Below are positions 47,301 through 61,707 of a stretch of DNA of 64,000 nucleotides, piece by piece (the first letter of the stretch is position 1; every line of letters starts with the position of its first letter). This DNA is from Aplysia californica. Its lineage: Eukaryota. Position numbers and translations under genes: made by a program. Location: contig NW_004797279.1 in the NCBI RefSeq assembly GCF_000002075.1, positions 126,826 through 190,825 on the forward strand. The letters run 5' to 3'. A model generated the notes under the pieces. It saw nothing but the letters and a program-made list of their open reading frames with translations, did no database searches and was not told the DNA's origin.

Positions 47301-48544
47301 ACCCTACAAAAAAAAAAGGCTTTGAACCCTAGTTCTCATTCAAAATAAATACAATAAATGAATAAAAACAATTCAAGTACGAGTAAAAGACTTGAAAGGT
47401 ATTTTGCTAGCATTTTACTCACCCTGAAAGCAAAGAAATGGTCTCCATAGCTCTTGCCGAAGACGAAGCTTGTCCCCTTGTCTGTATGGTCCAAGTACTC
47501 AGTGACGCGGTCAGCGAGCCACTGTGGGAACGTCCGGGGATTCCCCGTGTTATAATTTGTACTGGCTGTTGTTGTCGTAAGTGTAGTTATTGTTGGCTCC
47601 AGCGNNNNNNNNNNNNNNNNNNNNNNNNNNNNNNNNNNNNNNNNNNNNNNNNNNNNNNNNNNNNNNNNNNNNNNNNNNNNNNNNNNNNNNNNNNNNNNNN
47701 NNNNNNNNNNNNNNNNNNNNNNNNNNNNNNNNNNNNNNNNNNNNNNNNNNNNNNNNNNNNNNNNNNNNNNNNNNNNNNNNNNNNNNNNNNNNNNNNNNAG
47801 TCCAGTACATGTATTTTGTCGATTTCGAAATCTAAGGAAATGGAGCTCGGGGGAAGTTTTTTGAATGGACCAATCCACCTCGGAAGCTGGCAGCTTAGAT
47901 CCTGCCTATCAGGGTTATCCCTGGCTGAGTGGGATACAACACTCTTGCACAGAGACGGAGATGCACGTACTAAAAAAGTATACTTCCCCATTCGGGAATC
48001 GAATATTCACATTTTCTTATGTAACAGCGAAGAGCCTAACCACTACACAGCTGACGTCAGTGTAAACTCTTCGGAACATTGCCACAGGTTGAACTCAATA
48101 CTTTCAAGAACAGTGAAACCAGCTCTGACAATCACTTGTAAAGGATATATCCATTCGTACAAATGGCCACTTCCCATTTTCTCCCTTGCGTTTTTAGTTA
48201 CAGGTACATTATATAATGACACTGTGTAAGACGGCCACTTTTCTCCTCGACAATGGGTGGCCGTCTTAGACAATTTCGAGTGTACCTACTTGAAAACTGG
48301 CGTAACCCCAGCGTGTCCGAAGAACGAGCAGGCCGAAGACAAACTGCAGAAGCAAGCCCCATACTACGGGCCGCCAGCGCACCTGTACAGAAAAAAATGT
48401 AAGGGGTAGGTGTGGAATGACTTCTTGAATTCACTAACTGTGTTATTGAAAAACATTATGTTGAAGGATTTATAGTTCGCAGAATATCATACAATGTATC
48501 ATCATATTCATTTCAAAGTAAACCTCTTATATAATATGTCTTCT

Positions 48545-48623
<79 letters not shown>

Positions 48624-51492
48624 CCCCTCTCCCTCTTCCCCTTTCTCTCTTCTTCTCTGTCTTTGCCCCCCCCCCTCCTTTTCCCTCTCCTTCTCCTTTT
48701 TATTTTTTCAAGATCTTAATAACCCCTCCTCTCCCTTCCCGGTTCGCAACATAAATCTGCAATCCCCCCCCCCCCCCAAACCCACTCCTTTCCGCACCCC
48801 CCCCCCCCCTCACCTTTCCCGGGTCCTTAGAAAGACAGAACATGAGGGCCACAAAGACCAGCACTCCCAGCGCCGAGATCAGGTTCCGGGGTCGACTCAG
48901 GGCTGTGTCCACCAGGACGTACAGCACCAGTGACGTCATCATCAAGGAAAGAGCTATCCTGAGGAAGGAAGACATAGAGACGATAGAAACACATGTACTG
49001 TACACTCAGGTGTTATATAAATATTCCCTGGTTGACAAAAACTCACTTTAATGTTGATGTTTCAATACAAATAGGTCCCATAAGTGCTGAAGATTGAAGA
49101 GCAAAATACAAAGGAAAAAGGAGGGGAGATAAAGTCAATAGATGTTTGACAGAGAAAAAGGGAGCATTGATCCACACCAGAATACCCACCAACCACCCAC
49201 TAATAGTACTGATCTAAGAAGCCTTAATTTAATAAAGCAAAGCCCCGAGGACACATACTTACCAAACTTTAGTTGTTGTACAATGTTCAGAGCAGATGAA
49301 ACCATCGTATGGATCAATAGCAGCAGAGTAAAAAAATCTACTTTGTAAGTTGTTTACGAGACAACTCAGTTGATGCGCCAGTTTTATAAGAAAAATTCCA
49401 TGAGGCCAGCCAAGGGAATGTTCATATACGACATATAGATCTATAAATAATATAAATAATGTGCACCTCGCCTGCCAGTTGCTGACTTCAACTAATGAGA
49501 GGTATAAATCAATCAACATGTTTTTCCTTCTTTTCCTTTTCTAATAGACGCTCACGTGACCAGTAGGCATTGGGAAGGAAGTCTTGGTTTTCGATAGTTT
49601 TGATTACAAAAGCCGCGACGCGCCTACAGCCTTCCTCTTCCTCATTAATAACGTCCTCCTCTTCCTCTTCCTCTTTAACAATGCCCTCCTCTTCCTCCTC
49701 CTCCGTCTCTCGCCTCTCGCCCTCCTCCTCCTCCTCCTCCTCCTCCTCCTCCTCCTCCTCCTCCTCCTTGTTGCCCCCCTCCTCCTCAACGTCTATACTA
49801 CGCAGGTAGACCAAAGGGGTTTATTTTCTTCTTCTCATCGTGCAGCTTATCTTTACATTCAAGACATTGTTTTTTCTCTTCCAGGGTGAAGACATAACAT
49901 TCTGTTTTAGAAAGTTTGTGTACTCTCTACAGTTTCGCCACTCTTTCGGCAGGCGATTATAAATTCCATGTCCAGACACATACGTACTTAAATTTGTTCA
50001 CAAACGATTAGTTCTCAAAGGTAATAATAATTATATGAGAGGCAAAACATTCAGAACAATATAATTTGCTCAATGCATCACGATCTCGAGCTTCCACCTA
50101 CTGCTGTTAGTTCTAGCGCCCACGAAACAGCTCTAGACGCTTAACGTCTTCGAGTTGGCCACTCACAACTAACTCTTGACGTGATGCTCAGTAAAAGTAT
50201 CGTCTTGTTGTTCTTCTTTTTTCTTCAAGAGAATATAAGTAAGCAGAAACATTTTAAGGGGAAAGGGTAGTATGTATTATACAATAAAAATGAGATTATA
50301 AGTTTCATAGCGTTCACCCAGAAATATTTCGTCCAGAGTGCCCTTATCAAAATGTATAGAAGCGGAAAAGGGTAGCATAAATGCGAACAAAGGAAAGGAA
50401 GCAGAAATACTTTTCTTTGGTCCAAACAAATGAAAGTTTGGCACAAAAAGATTCCCAAATACCTTTAGAAAGGCGGGGCCTCACTTACATTTTGTTCCAG
50501 AAAAACAGAGGTTCAAATCAAAGGAAAAAGTTGAAGTCTAAGCAAAAAAAGCTTAACGTAGGTAACTCACGCGTAACTGCTAGCATAATATGTTGACCTT
50601 TTAGCAAGCTGCCCCAAGACGACCACCATTACTTTTTACGTTAACAAGTTAATTAGGCCACAAGTGCACTATAAGACTCATGTATTCAAACATGGACAGA
50701 CCTCTAAACTGTGTTCGTGGGTCGAAAAGGGTGAGTGGTACATCGTTATCAATTCAAATGTTTATACATTTATACTAATTTGTCCAAAGTCGTGCAGACG
50801 AAATTTATAGTCTGAAACCAGCATGTTACTTATGAGTCCGCAGCACAAAGACCTACCCACTAAGAGTACCAAAGAATAATTTCAATCAAAAAATCAGCAG
50901 ACTTCCTCAGAAGTCAGAGAGTACCTAATATTGCTCACAACAAACCGGCTACATTTTATTAGTTGCGAGGTTCCTGCACTGTCTCAAGGCTGTACTCACT
51001 GTGTGTCTAAGACCATTAATTGCTTCCATGTGTAACGAAGCAAGTCTTGCGGAAATTGGGGAAGTTTGTGGGGGGCGGGGGGGGGGACATAGTTCATTAA
51101 CCGTTTCCTAGCACTTCGTGAAGACGAAAAAGTCAACGCGAAGAGACAGGGTAACCCGGTCCTGCACTGTTTGCGTGCACAATAGCTGGTAAAGCACCTG
51201 GTTTCGCTTTGCCCCAGCAACTCAAGATTTTCAAACGCTGAAGCAAAGCAAGATCTGAATGAGAGAACAGACAGTGCATCACCTTGATGTGGAAGTATCT
51301 GGCTATAAACAGCGAAAGATCTTGTCAGAATGTTCGTGTTTTAGCGCCTGTAGAATAGCAGCTTGCACTGCATGCTTTTAACAAAAAGCTGACATTGTTT
51401 CAAATGCTACTAGGTCCGCTACTTGGGGGGGGGGGAGCAGTAATATGTAGATAGTAAAGCCCTTACAGCCTACTGTAGAGCGGGAACTATAA

Positions 51493-51556
<64 letters not shown>

Positions 51557-52572
51557 GTAGTAGTAATGAATAATAATGATAATAATATTATTAACATTAA
51601 TATTATACAAAAATATACATATCAATGTACAATGTACACGTAGATATGTAATGGTTGTGTTTTCCGTTTTCCTCTTCGACAAGTCAAGAACAAAAGAACT
51701 TTCTGCCACAATTGGTTTGATTCGACGCTTTTAACCCCTTCCTCCTCCCTCGTCCCCCATCGTTTCCCCTTTTGTAGACAGGCCGCATTTCTCGTCTTTA
51801 ATTATTGAATAGAGATAATAATAAGACTAGTCTCACATCCCTNNNNNNNNNNNNNNNNNNNNNNNNNNNNNNNNNNNNNNNNNNNNNNNNNNNNNNNNNN
51901 NNNNNNNNNNNNNNNNNNNNNNNNNNNNNNNNNNNNNNNNNNNNNNNNNNNNNNNNNNNNNNNNNNNNNNNNNNNNNNNNNNNNNNNNNNNNNNNNNNNN
52001 NNNNNNNNNTTCAAGGTTGTTGAGTTCGGACGTTAAATTAAATAACGCTTATGCAACAGGCATTTAGACTTCGATTTTCTAAAATATGAAATCGTGCTGA
52101 CTCAATCTGGCAGAGGCGTCCAAGTATGTACTTACCAATATATCCTTGATTTTGTTTTGGGCGAGAATGGACTTGAGATGGAGGAGCAAGCCTTCCTAGC
52201 CGCCATCCCCACGTTAGGAGATAACTTGGAGTACAGACAGGCCACAGTAAGCACACATGACACTGCCAATAGCGTCACAGACTGTTCATCACCGAAAGAA
52301 TGATGGAAGGCAAACCCGAGATATACACAAAGTCCAATGAAAAACAGGAGTTGCAGAACGTTTGACACGGCTCGTTTGTGTGTGGAACAACAGGAGATTA
52401 CATTTTGACGACATCCCAGTAGAACTGACGTCACTTTGGTCGGTTGCATGTCCTCGGTGTGGGAACGTTCCGCGCCGTCCTCAAGGCCGACCATGTCCAC
52501 CATTTCCTCAGCGTGAACACTTTTGTCTCCTCCTGCCTCCACATCATAACTATTACGCGTATTTCCTTTCAT
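38369..52572 (-). CDS. SLC28 family concentrative nucleoside transporter-like protein, ~610 aa
   Basis: Twelve GT-AG exons in consistent phase: 52572-52136, 48958-48814, 48382-48290 (VRWRPVVWGLLLQFVFGLLVLRT), 47521-47423, 46491-46330, 44497-44372 (MTKSELHAIMTNGFSTVSG), 43925-43801 (HLISASFMSAPAALAMGKLFYPE), 43143-42960, 42029-41895 (GVKVFVNEFLAF), 41149-41021, 39337-39157 (ERSATIATYALCGF), 38385-38369 (GLLID*). Minus-strand AATAAA near 38190. Confidence 0.94.
39384..39735 (-). mobile_element. tRNA-derived CORE-type SINE (family B), near-identical to 26061-26398
   Basis: Very high identity to the copy at 26061-26398, so a young family. (TTA)n tail. Confidence 0.9.
40259..40600. mobile_element. 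MITE with ~39-bp terminal inverted repeats
   Basis: CAATGGGGTGTGACGGCAGAAGATATTCGGAGACGTCTC ... GAGACATCTCCGAATATCTTCTGCCGTCACACCCCATTG. No obvious TSD. Confidence 0.85.
45083..46242 (+). mobile_element. 5'-truncated Rex1/Babar-like LINE (RT domain) in an SLC28 intron
   Basis: FLTGRPQYV..NTGGPQGCVLSPVLYTIYTND..KFADDS..KYLG..QRLYFLRKL..RYRNSFVPTAVRLL. Frameshift near 45600. AATAAA followed by (ATTGTC)n tail. Confidence 0.88.
49630..49790. repeat. (CCT)n-rich simple repeat
   Basis: Direct inspection. It accounts for the poly-E/S/L/R ORFs in the track. Confidence 0.85.
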
Positions 52573-53349
52573 ATTTTGGTATCTCAGTAGACTTTCAAAC
52601 GAAGCAACACAAATAGCAATGAAACTTGTTGTTATTATTATTTGGGATTTTTTTTTCAGAAGAAAAAGTGTTCCAATATTTCTTTGCATGGAAAAAAAAC
52701 GTTCTCAACAGAAAGAAATGGACATTGTTATAACAGTGGTTGTACCGCACAATAGCTGCGATGATAGGAGAAGGCTGCGCACGCTTGTTCTAATGAATGA
52801 GGTAAGAAACTGTTTGGAAATATCATCAATTGTCAGAACACGTATGCCATTCTGCAAAGCTGCAACATATAATGTCTTGCTATAAGAACAATGAATTGGC
52901 GGTTGTTGCACCGGAGATGACAACGTTACTTGGCTTCACAAATTCATCTTTTGACAAATTTGCAGTAGTTAGTGATGCTATCGCCAGTGTAAGGTTAAGG
53001 CATTCACTTTCTACAGTCTTGCTAAAGTAACAACAAAATGAAAATGATTTTGAAAACACACACAACAAATAACAACTGTCTTTTAACACTCATGGAAAAT
53101 AATTGCCGATATCAAGAACAGAAAGTATGATGATAAGAGAGAAGTCATGATTTGCAATGCCAAACGAGGGATACTGCCTGCAATGTTGATCATAATATCT
53201 GTATTGAAATGAGAACCTCCTTTTCATAAATAAAGCGAAAATAATCTCGTGTTTAGGTTATATTTTTAATATACACTATCTATTCGTCACCATGTAAACC
53301 ATATTATGTAAAGTAATTTATTTTTGACTATGCATACTATGACATGGCA

Positions 53350-53860
53350 ACATATCTTAGCGTCGATTCCATTAAACTCCTCATCTTCTGTTTTGTCATT
53401 TCACGCTTAGACTACTGTAGTTTTTGTTTTGGAAATCTTCCCAAAGAAACGATAAACAAATTACAGCAACTCCAACTTCAAGCTGCCCGTATTATTTGAA
53501 AGAAAGAAACTCCCATATTATAGACTGTAACACCAGTGTTAATCCAATTGCATTGACTCCCTGTGAAAGCAAGTACTGTATTCAGTACAAGATAGCTGTC
53601 TTTTGTTTCAGTGCATCGCTGAAAATACCAAATCATATCTTAGCGACGTGTCATCGAATACATACATCTCGGCTTTCAAGATCGTCCACAAAAAAAGACT
53701 TTAAAAACCTGTCTTAAGTTAAAGTCAGAGACTTGAAGGGAGAGCTATTTAACACCAAGCTGCCTTCTTGAGGGTCACATTACCAATGCATCGGGAGCCG
53801 ACCGCTTTATCAACTGTTGCTGGATCGATAACAACAACATCAGCATTCAAATCAGCGTTA
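53350..53860 (+). mobile_element. Degenerate L2-clade LINE 3' fragment
   Basis: Translates to IKLLIFCFVISRLDYC..LPKETINKLQQLQ..AARII..LH*LPV..IQYKI..FKSALK. Confidence 0.75.
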
Positions 53861-56800
53861 AAAGTAAGTCTTATTGTTTTCGGCCAGCTTGAATGTGTAA
53901 CGACCGTTATTCCCAATACAACTTATAATGTTCTTTCAGTATCGATTTTTAATTATGCTGTATTAGGTGACTGTGTGATGTCACCGATGTGTACGTTGGA
54001 TGTATGCAAATTTTTGTGGGACTGTCTAGAGAGNNNNNNNNNNNNNNNNNNNNNNNNNNNNNNNNNNNNNNNNNNNNNNNNNNNNNNNNNNNNNNNNNNN
54101 NNNNNNNNNNNNNNNNNNNNNNNNNNNNNNNNNNNNNNNNNNNNNNNNNNNNNNNNNNNNNNNNNNNNNNNNNNNNNNNNNNNNNNNNNNNNNNNNNNNN
54201 NNNNNNNNNNNNNNNNNNNNNNNNNNNNNNNNNNNNNNNNNNNNNNNNNNNNNNNNNNNNNNNNNNNNNNNNGGCATGAACATTTCTAAGGCCACTACAT
54301 GTTCGCAATTGTGTTGATGTTTTAAGAACATTTTTAAACAAAATATTAAAATTTTTGTATTTCGTTTGCTGGGTCCTCCGGGAGTTGGATTTGATTAAAA
54401 AAGCAGCGAATGTTCGTCAAGTTTTGTTTCCGACTTGAAAAAAACAGCCACTGAGTCATCTGAAATGTTGTCGGTTGCTTTTGACAGCTATTAGTGATCA
54501 AGAACATAATATTTTTCGTGGTTTGCCAAATTCCAAGCTGGGCAAACATTCATCGACGACATACCAACCGTGCGCTGGACGGCCGAACACGAAACCATCC
54601 GAAATGACCGTCTCAACTGCTAAATAAAATGAAGTTGCAAGCATTGTGGGGATTTCTCATGATTAAAGTTCATGTCAAAACATCTTGACTGGCATCTCAG
54701 GCATGATAAAAGTTGCCACAAAATTATTTTGCACCCCGTGTGCTGACTGAGGAGCAAAATTCGTTTAACAAGGGTGCCAGAAAGGTGACCCATTCATTAA
54801 TTAAAAGGACAATTACACGGTCATCTTTGGACCAATTTCAGCAAAACTTTGAACAAATAAAAGTAGTTTGAACCAGTGTTGTGTATGCAGTCTTTCTCTG
54901 TATCCCTCATTCTCAAGTCGCTGACATATTGACGGCGCACTTGCCTTGCCGCACGTGCCGGGTAATATTTCATAGTTATCAGTGTCAGAAGTAGACGGAA
55001 AGTTGTTCAAGAAGCTATACTTCTAAAAAGCGAAAAGAACGGTCAAACCTAGACTAATTGACCCTCTCTTATCTTGTGTAAACAAAAAGGTCATGCCAAG
55101 TGTGTGATACCATCTCTTACTCGTCCTTTATTTACACATATTTCTGTGCATAACTCTACCAAATCATTAGACTGTCGAATTTTTCAAAGGTTATGGTCAT
55201 TCCGGTTCATTTCTTAGAAATAAATCTCACAAAAATCTGTGACAACAACAATTTCAATAACATCATCTGCCCATTGAGCGCAAACGGATTATTGTCGACG
55301 GATTTGTTTTTTTGCCCCAGCAGAAGACCTGGCAGTGACTTGCAGTGAAACACAAGCGTAGAGATCTTAGTGCTAGGGTGTAGGCCCAATATTTTGTCTC
55401 GAGAAAAGAAATGAAAACGGTGAACGAGGTACAACACTTACATTCAAAGCAATGTATATCATTAGTCAGTTTCAAAAGTTTTAATATGTTCAAAGTAAGG
55501 TGTATTATGGGCTTCACTTTCAAAAAAACAAAAAACAACCAAAACAACGATAAAAACTCGATCTAGTAGTTGGAGGGCTTCTTTATGTCACACGCTCGAG
55601 CAGCGATCATTTATAACGTTAGAGTGTTTTCTCTGCTTACTACATAGATCTAGTATCATTAAGGGGAAATGGCGTTGTGGAAAACGTTTACTATTATAGA
55701 AACATCAGGCGGGGGCGACATGATTACGGGAAAACATGACCTGATCAAAACTAATTGCAAAAAGATATCAACTTTGTTAGTACCACAAGAGACGAGAAGA
55801 GCTTTCGATAAGAAAATAAAACACAAACGATTGTAAGCAGAGTGTACACGCATCGTACTCTTTAAAAAGGGGGGGGGGGATTTATTGTATTCACAGGCGG
55901 AACCAGTCCAGAAAACGTACACTGCACACAACTGCTATTGCTCCTGCTACTTCAGAACAGAATAAACGCACAAGATAATTTTTCACAGTTCGGTACAGTT
56001 TTTACTTCTCCCTCCATAATTCATCACGTTAGCATCTGCGGAATCTTCTGTAGTACAATGCCGTAGGCAAATAGTACGGCAATGTATTCATTACACACAG
56101 TAGCAAATGAGATGAGACAACCACCATCGTATTTTCTGCTGTGCGACATAGATCTAGAAGGCTGCACTAATACACGCAGTTACAGTTATGAGCCCTCTTA
56201 TCACGACAGCGGCGAATGGCACAACCATCAATGTTAAAGGTTACACGCGACTAATCTCTTAACTTTCTGCTCATATTTTCATTAAATCCTATCTACGCAT
56301 TTATATGGACATTCCGTCAAGCAGACACACAAACAAACAAACAGACAGAAAAACAAGCAGATAAATGGAACAGTAGAGACACTTATAAATTTGTTGTAAT
56401 ATTTATTTCAACTCCCCTCTCCGTACCACAAGGATGAAAAGTTGTAAGCACAGATGCGAACCTCGTACTCCTCCTGTCTTTCACGGGAGCAATCAAAGAC
56501 CCCGGCAGGTGTGGCACTCTGGTTCTACGTCACATTACCGGTGTTACTAGCCGAGATCTACATGCTACTTGTTCTATCAACGTGATCGCCCGTGCCGTTC
56601 GTGAACATTTTTATCTTACAGAAACGTGTAGTGTGCTGCAAGTATTGGCTTGACCTATTGGGCTGGAAGAGTGTTAGCCATGAGTTCTGGAATGAAATTT
56701 AGGAGTTTCGGTAGCTCGCAAGAGGTGAACGTGAACCATAGAATTACTGCCCCCAAATGTCAATGCATCACTTGTTTACTAAACCAGTCTCACGTTTATG

Positions 56801-58233
56801 TTGGCTGGTGGTAAGTGGGTGCCCTGGTGTGGTTGCCCCTTCGTTACTTTGGGACATCTATCTTCCGTATTCTATCTTCCGTCTTTTCTGTGTACGTTGC
56901 TATCTAGTTAAATCAAGTAACAACCCTAGTCTTTGGCACTTATTATATGACCTAAATGCGTTGCAAGTGCCGGGAAAAGGCTAAAATGAGTTCATCTTCG
57001 GATGAGAAGTTCAAGGGTGGGGGAGGGGGTAGTGATAACTTTGAGGTAAGGCTTTTCATTCAGATGATCCGGTCAGATTTGTCCTATATGCCAGCCTTGT
57101 CGGAAGCTAAATACAGTTGAATGTTTCAAGTAAGTTTTTTTTCTTTTTTAACAAAATCAATTTCTAGACCAAATGTATGTAAGTAGGATCGAGCACTATC
57201 CCAAATAAATACGATAAACAGAGAGATTCCGTAACCAATGTGTTGATTGTGCAGGCTGGTGGAAAACCAAGAAGGGCAGGCCTGCTGTGGACAAGTCTGC
57301 GGAAATCTAATGTAATAATGAGTATGAGTACATGTCTATAATTGGTTGTCTAAAATTAAAAGGTGAATTATACTTCGTTCTAGAAAAGTTATCCAGCTGT
57401 ACACGGGAGTTATTAAATAACCGATGAGCAGTAATACTTGAGATCTAGAAAGGGGGGTGGTGGTAGGAGGAGGAGGCGAAGGAGGTCTAAATCCGCACAA
57501 TGTTTGAATGAATCTTCCAGTCCGAACTAATGTTGGTTTTTTTAGTTTCGTGATTCCTTGCAGTGTACAGACAGTAGACAGTGAATTTGAAATCCGAGCT
57601 TTCCCCCTATACTAGAAACAGTTGAGTGAGAGGTATCTATGGTGAGAGGTTACCTGACAGGCATGCGTGTTTCTTTTGAGATCTTGAAGTCAGTCCGCGT
57701 GTATGAGCAAATGGCTGTGCTTGCTGTTCGTGTGTTTTAGCGAGAGCTTTTTTCTGTTCTTTTTCTTTTCCAGTTTCCAGCTGGTGCGCAGTAAGAGCAA
57801 AGCAAAGACCCGGGAAGGAAAACAAGATTTTTTTTGTTTGTTATAGGGACATTTTTGGGGTTGGGCGGGCAAACGGCTAGCATAGGTTGATTTGTTGGTG
57901 TCCATAGAATAGTGACTTGTCTTCCTACAGATAGTCGTTTTACGAATAGTTTTGTTCGTGTGGGGTTTTGGGTTAGTTTGTTTGTTTGTTTGTTATTGTT
58001 ATTGTTGTTCTTTTTTTGGTGGGGGGGGGGAGTCTTTTGAGTTTTTGCTTGTTTGTTCGATTTTTTTTGTTTTGTTTTGGGGTTGGGTTTCTTCTAGATC
58101 TATCTATGGGCCGTGGCATCTTTTTCTTCTCTGACTCATTCGCTCATGATCGAGTCAAGTCTCAGCAGTGCATATACAGGAAGGTGCAACAGTAGGTATA
58201 CAGCAAGTACTACTTCATTGTCATGATACTTAA

Positions 58234-58475
58234 CCCTACCCGTGCGTCGTGTTTTACTATCGTATCCATGCGACGTGGGGAAACTCTGTGCCATCGCTTT
58301 CCAAAGAGGAAATTTACTCGTTAATCAGATCCGTACACTTTGCATAGCAGTCTGTCAAAATGATTTTTTTAGAAATACTGAAAGTTTCAAAGAGATCATC
58401 GTACTAGAAGTATTCTAAAATGTGAAGAATACAACCCCGGGGGTACAAAAATGGCCCCAGGGCGTACGGATAGGG
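58234..58475. mobile_element. piggyBac-type MITE
   Basis: TTAA on both sides (58230-58233, 58476-58479). TIRs CCCTACCCGTGCG / CGTACGGATAGGG. Confidence 0.8.
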
Positions 58476-58739
58476 TTAAGTAATTTAAACTAAGAGCACA
58501 TTAAATTAGTTGGGCTTTTTTTTTTTTTTTTTTTTTGGGGGGGGGGTATTTTTTATTGTAATTTATCATATCTTATTCATAACTAACTCAGCATGTTAAT
58601 ATCTACGTAATGAATTATTGTAAATAATGATGTGATACTTTCTACATGTACTTATTTATTTTGCTGCTTATGTATTTATATTATCAAGGATAAGCAGGAA
58701 TACCAAACCGAAACCAAATAGTTTGCCCGGTCTTCTTGT

Positions 58740-58804
<65 letters not shown>

Positions 58805-59698
58805 NNNNNNNNNNNNNNNNNNNNNNNNNNNNNNNNNNNNNNNNNNNNNNNNNNNNNNNNNNNNNNNNNNNNNNNNNNNNNNNNNNNNNNNNNNNNNNNN
58901 NNNNNNNNNNNNNNNNNNNNNNNNNNNNNNNNNNNNNNNNNNNNNNNNNNNNNNNNNNNNNNNNNNNNNNNNNNNNNNNNNNNNNNNNNNNNNNNNNNNN
59001 NNNNNNNNNNNNNNNNNNNNNNNNNNNNNNNNNNNNNNNNNNNNNNNNNNNNNNNNNNNNNNNNNNNNNNNNNNNNNNNNNNNNNNNNNNNNNNNNNNNN
59101 NNNNNNNNNNNNNNNNNNNNNNNNNNNNNNNNNNNNNNNNNNNNNNNNNNNNNNNNNNNNNNNNNNNNNNNNNNNNNNNNNNNNNNNNNNNNNNNNNNNN
59201 NNNNNNNNNNNNNNNNNNNNNNNNNNNNNNNNNNNNNNNNNNNNNNNNNNNNNNNNNNNNNNNNNNNNNNNNNNNNNNNNNNNNNNNNNNNNNNNNNNNN
59301 NNNNNNNNNNNNNNNNNNNNNNNNNNNNNNNNNNNNNNNNNNNNNNNNNNNNNNNNNNNNNNNNNNNNNNNNNNNNNNNNNNNNNNNNNNNNNNNNNNNN
59401 NNNNNNNNNNNNNNNNNNNNNNNNNNNNNNNNNNNNNNNNNNNNNNNNNNNNNNNNNNNNNNNNNNNNNNNNNNNNNNNNNNNNNNNNNNNNNNNNNNNN
59501 NNNNNNNNNNNNNNNNNNNNNNNNNNNNNNNNNNNNNNNNNNNNNNNNNNNNNNNNNNNNNNNNNNNNNNNNNNNNNNNNNNNNNNNNNNNNNNNNNNNN
59601 NNNNNNNNNNNNNNNNNNNNNNNNNNNNNNNNNNNNNNNNNNNNNNNNNNNNNNNNNNNNNNNNNNNNNNNNNNNNNNNNNNNNNNNNNNNNNNNNNT

Positions 59699-59764
<66 letters not shown>

Positions 59765-60149
59765 GGGGGTGGGAGCTACTGTATGAATGAGCTGCGGGTT
59801 GAAATGGGTTAAAGAGGATTAAAAGACAGAAAGGAAACAAAAATAATAGGGGCGCACTCTAAAAAAGAGGGGCGGGATTGAGAGCACTAAATGNNNNNNN
59901 NNNNNNNNNNNNNNNNNNNNNNNNNNNNNNNNNNNNNNNNNNNNNNNNNNNNNNNNNNNNNNNNNNNNNNNNNNNNNNNNNNNNNNNNNNNNNNNNNNNN
60001 NNNNNNNNNNNNNNNNNNNNNNNNNNNNNNNNNNNATCTCAGGGATAACCGATTGCTTGTTCTTTAACCTGAAATGCAACTAAATTTTACGTTCGTGACC
60101 GATTGTCCTAATTCGCAGGGTCCTTTGCCTTCAGGCAGCCACTTTCCGA

Positions 60150-60292
60150 TTTCGAAGGTACCGAAGAAAAGTAGCAATGAAAGCTAGTCGGGAAATGAAG
60201 ACAAAGGTGAAGATTTTAGAGAAGAAAATTTTTCTAGTCGCTGTCAGGTTTCGATCCCGGGAAGAACATCGTGCCTCAAGACCACGAGAGTT
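60150..60292 (-). mobile_element. Decayed head of SINE family A (another at ~37610-37700)
   Basis: ATTTTAGAGAAGAAAA..GTCGCT..TTCGA..CCACGAGAG matches the family A 5' part. Confidence 0.6.
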
Positions 60293-60899
60293 CTCAGATG
60301 GGTTGTGGTTCGTTAACATGGAATCGATGATGACTAAAGCAGTATGCATGATACAGCTTGGACTGTGCGGTAAACGTAAGTGAACGTAGATTGTCTTAGC
60401 AATATATTGCTTCTTTCTTCCCTTCAGATCTTGATTTCCTTGATAGACAGATATATTATATATGTATACACAATAGGAAAGACATTGAATTTTGTTCTAC
60501 ATTTATTTATAAACAAGAGGTAGCGAAACAAATGTACAAGTATAAAATTGGTTGTGGTGTTACTCTCTCAGTTTCAAAAAAGTCGCATTAAGTACATCTT
60601 TGAGCTTGGCTATTTCGTTCACCGGGCATACATCTTCCTTCCATTGCAATTAAAGAAATGTTATGTGAGCAAATGTGTCTCCTGATTACATTATATTTAT
60701 AGAATTAAATTTTGTCTTCTGCGGAGACGTTGTAATTGTAAGGCCTTGCGCACACTAAGAAGATTTCCACTCGCCGCTCGACTACGAGTTTGAAAACAAA
60801 GCAATGTTCACCCGTTCTCGTCTCTTCACAGCCAAGTGCCGTTATACTTGGCAGCCGTGCGACAAATATGTAAATTTAATTTGCATAGGGTATGCGAGG

Positions 60900-61435
60900 C
60901 AAAACTTTAACAGTTTTTCAGAACCTAAACCCCAATATTCTTACCACACGGATTCTAAAGTAATATAAAAGTCACACGTTTCGGTCATATTATTATTGTA
61001 GGAACTATCAATGATCTGCTCTTCACACAAATGTTTTGGGGACAATAATTTCGGCAGACTTTCGTGACTTCTGTTTTTGAAGTGTTTATTCTCCCACAGG
61101 TGTTGTTGACTTCGGCGGTGTGACTTGGGAGGTTTTATAATATAATAAAGTTCTTTGGTGTGTTGAATGAGATACAGGTCGTCTGCAAAGAGAAATTCAT
61201 TTTAGCTTTTTTGAGTTTTAGTTTAGGTCTTGTGTTATTTTGTCCCCATAGATAAAACACGTCCATGTTGTAATCCCAAAGTACTGTGAACCAGTTTGTG
61301 TTGCCTTTTTTCGTTCTTATTAAGCTTCCGCTTTTGGTGTACAGAGCTCACGCGTCGTCCAGTGATTATCCTTTGCTCTAGTGTTTTCCATAGTTTGCCA
61401 CAGCGGACTCTGCCAAAAGCCTTCTCCTGACCATC
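60900..61435 (-). mobile_element. Highly degenerate non-LTR reverse transcriptase relic
   Basis: Fragments EKAFGRV..KLWKTL, GLQHGRVLS, NEFLFADDL and INTSKTEV in the expected order, with frameshifts. Confidence 0.6.
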
Positions 61436-61707
61436 ACTTTTCCAAATAAAAGTACCGTGTTATGTACAGCTTTTAAAAATGTGCTAAATAACAGTGTCAT
61501 TCACATGTCATGTACAGCTTATAAAAATACCTTGAGTTCCGAGGTTCCAAGACTTACTGGAAGCAACGTACTGCAAGCTATACCTATATTTGTTTGAGCA
61601 AAAGACGTTATGGAAATGGAGTTGTTGAATAAAAGATTTACAGCCAAGAATGCTAACTTATAAAAATGCATATCGTGCTAATCTCATCACATATCGTTAT
61701 AAAGGAA

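Noticed and set aside
49509-49889. Poly-Glu/Ser/Leu/Arg ORFs
   Set aside because: Translations of a (CCT)n simple repeat inside an SLC28 intron.
58668-59840. Long ORFs in the track (also 29109-29838, 30805-31859)
   Set aside because: Artefacts of N runs and flanking microsatellites.
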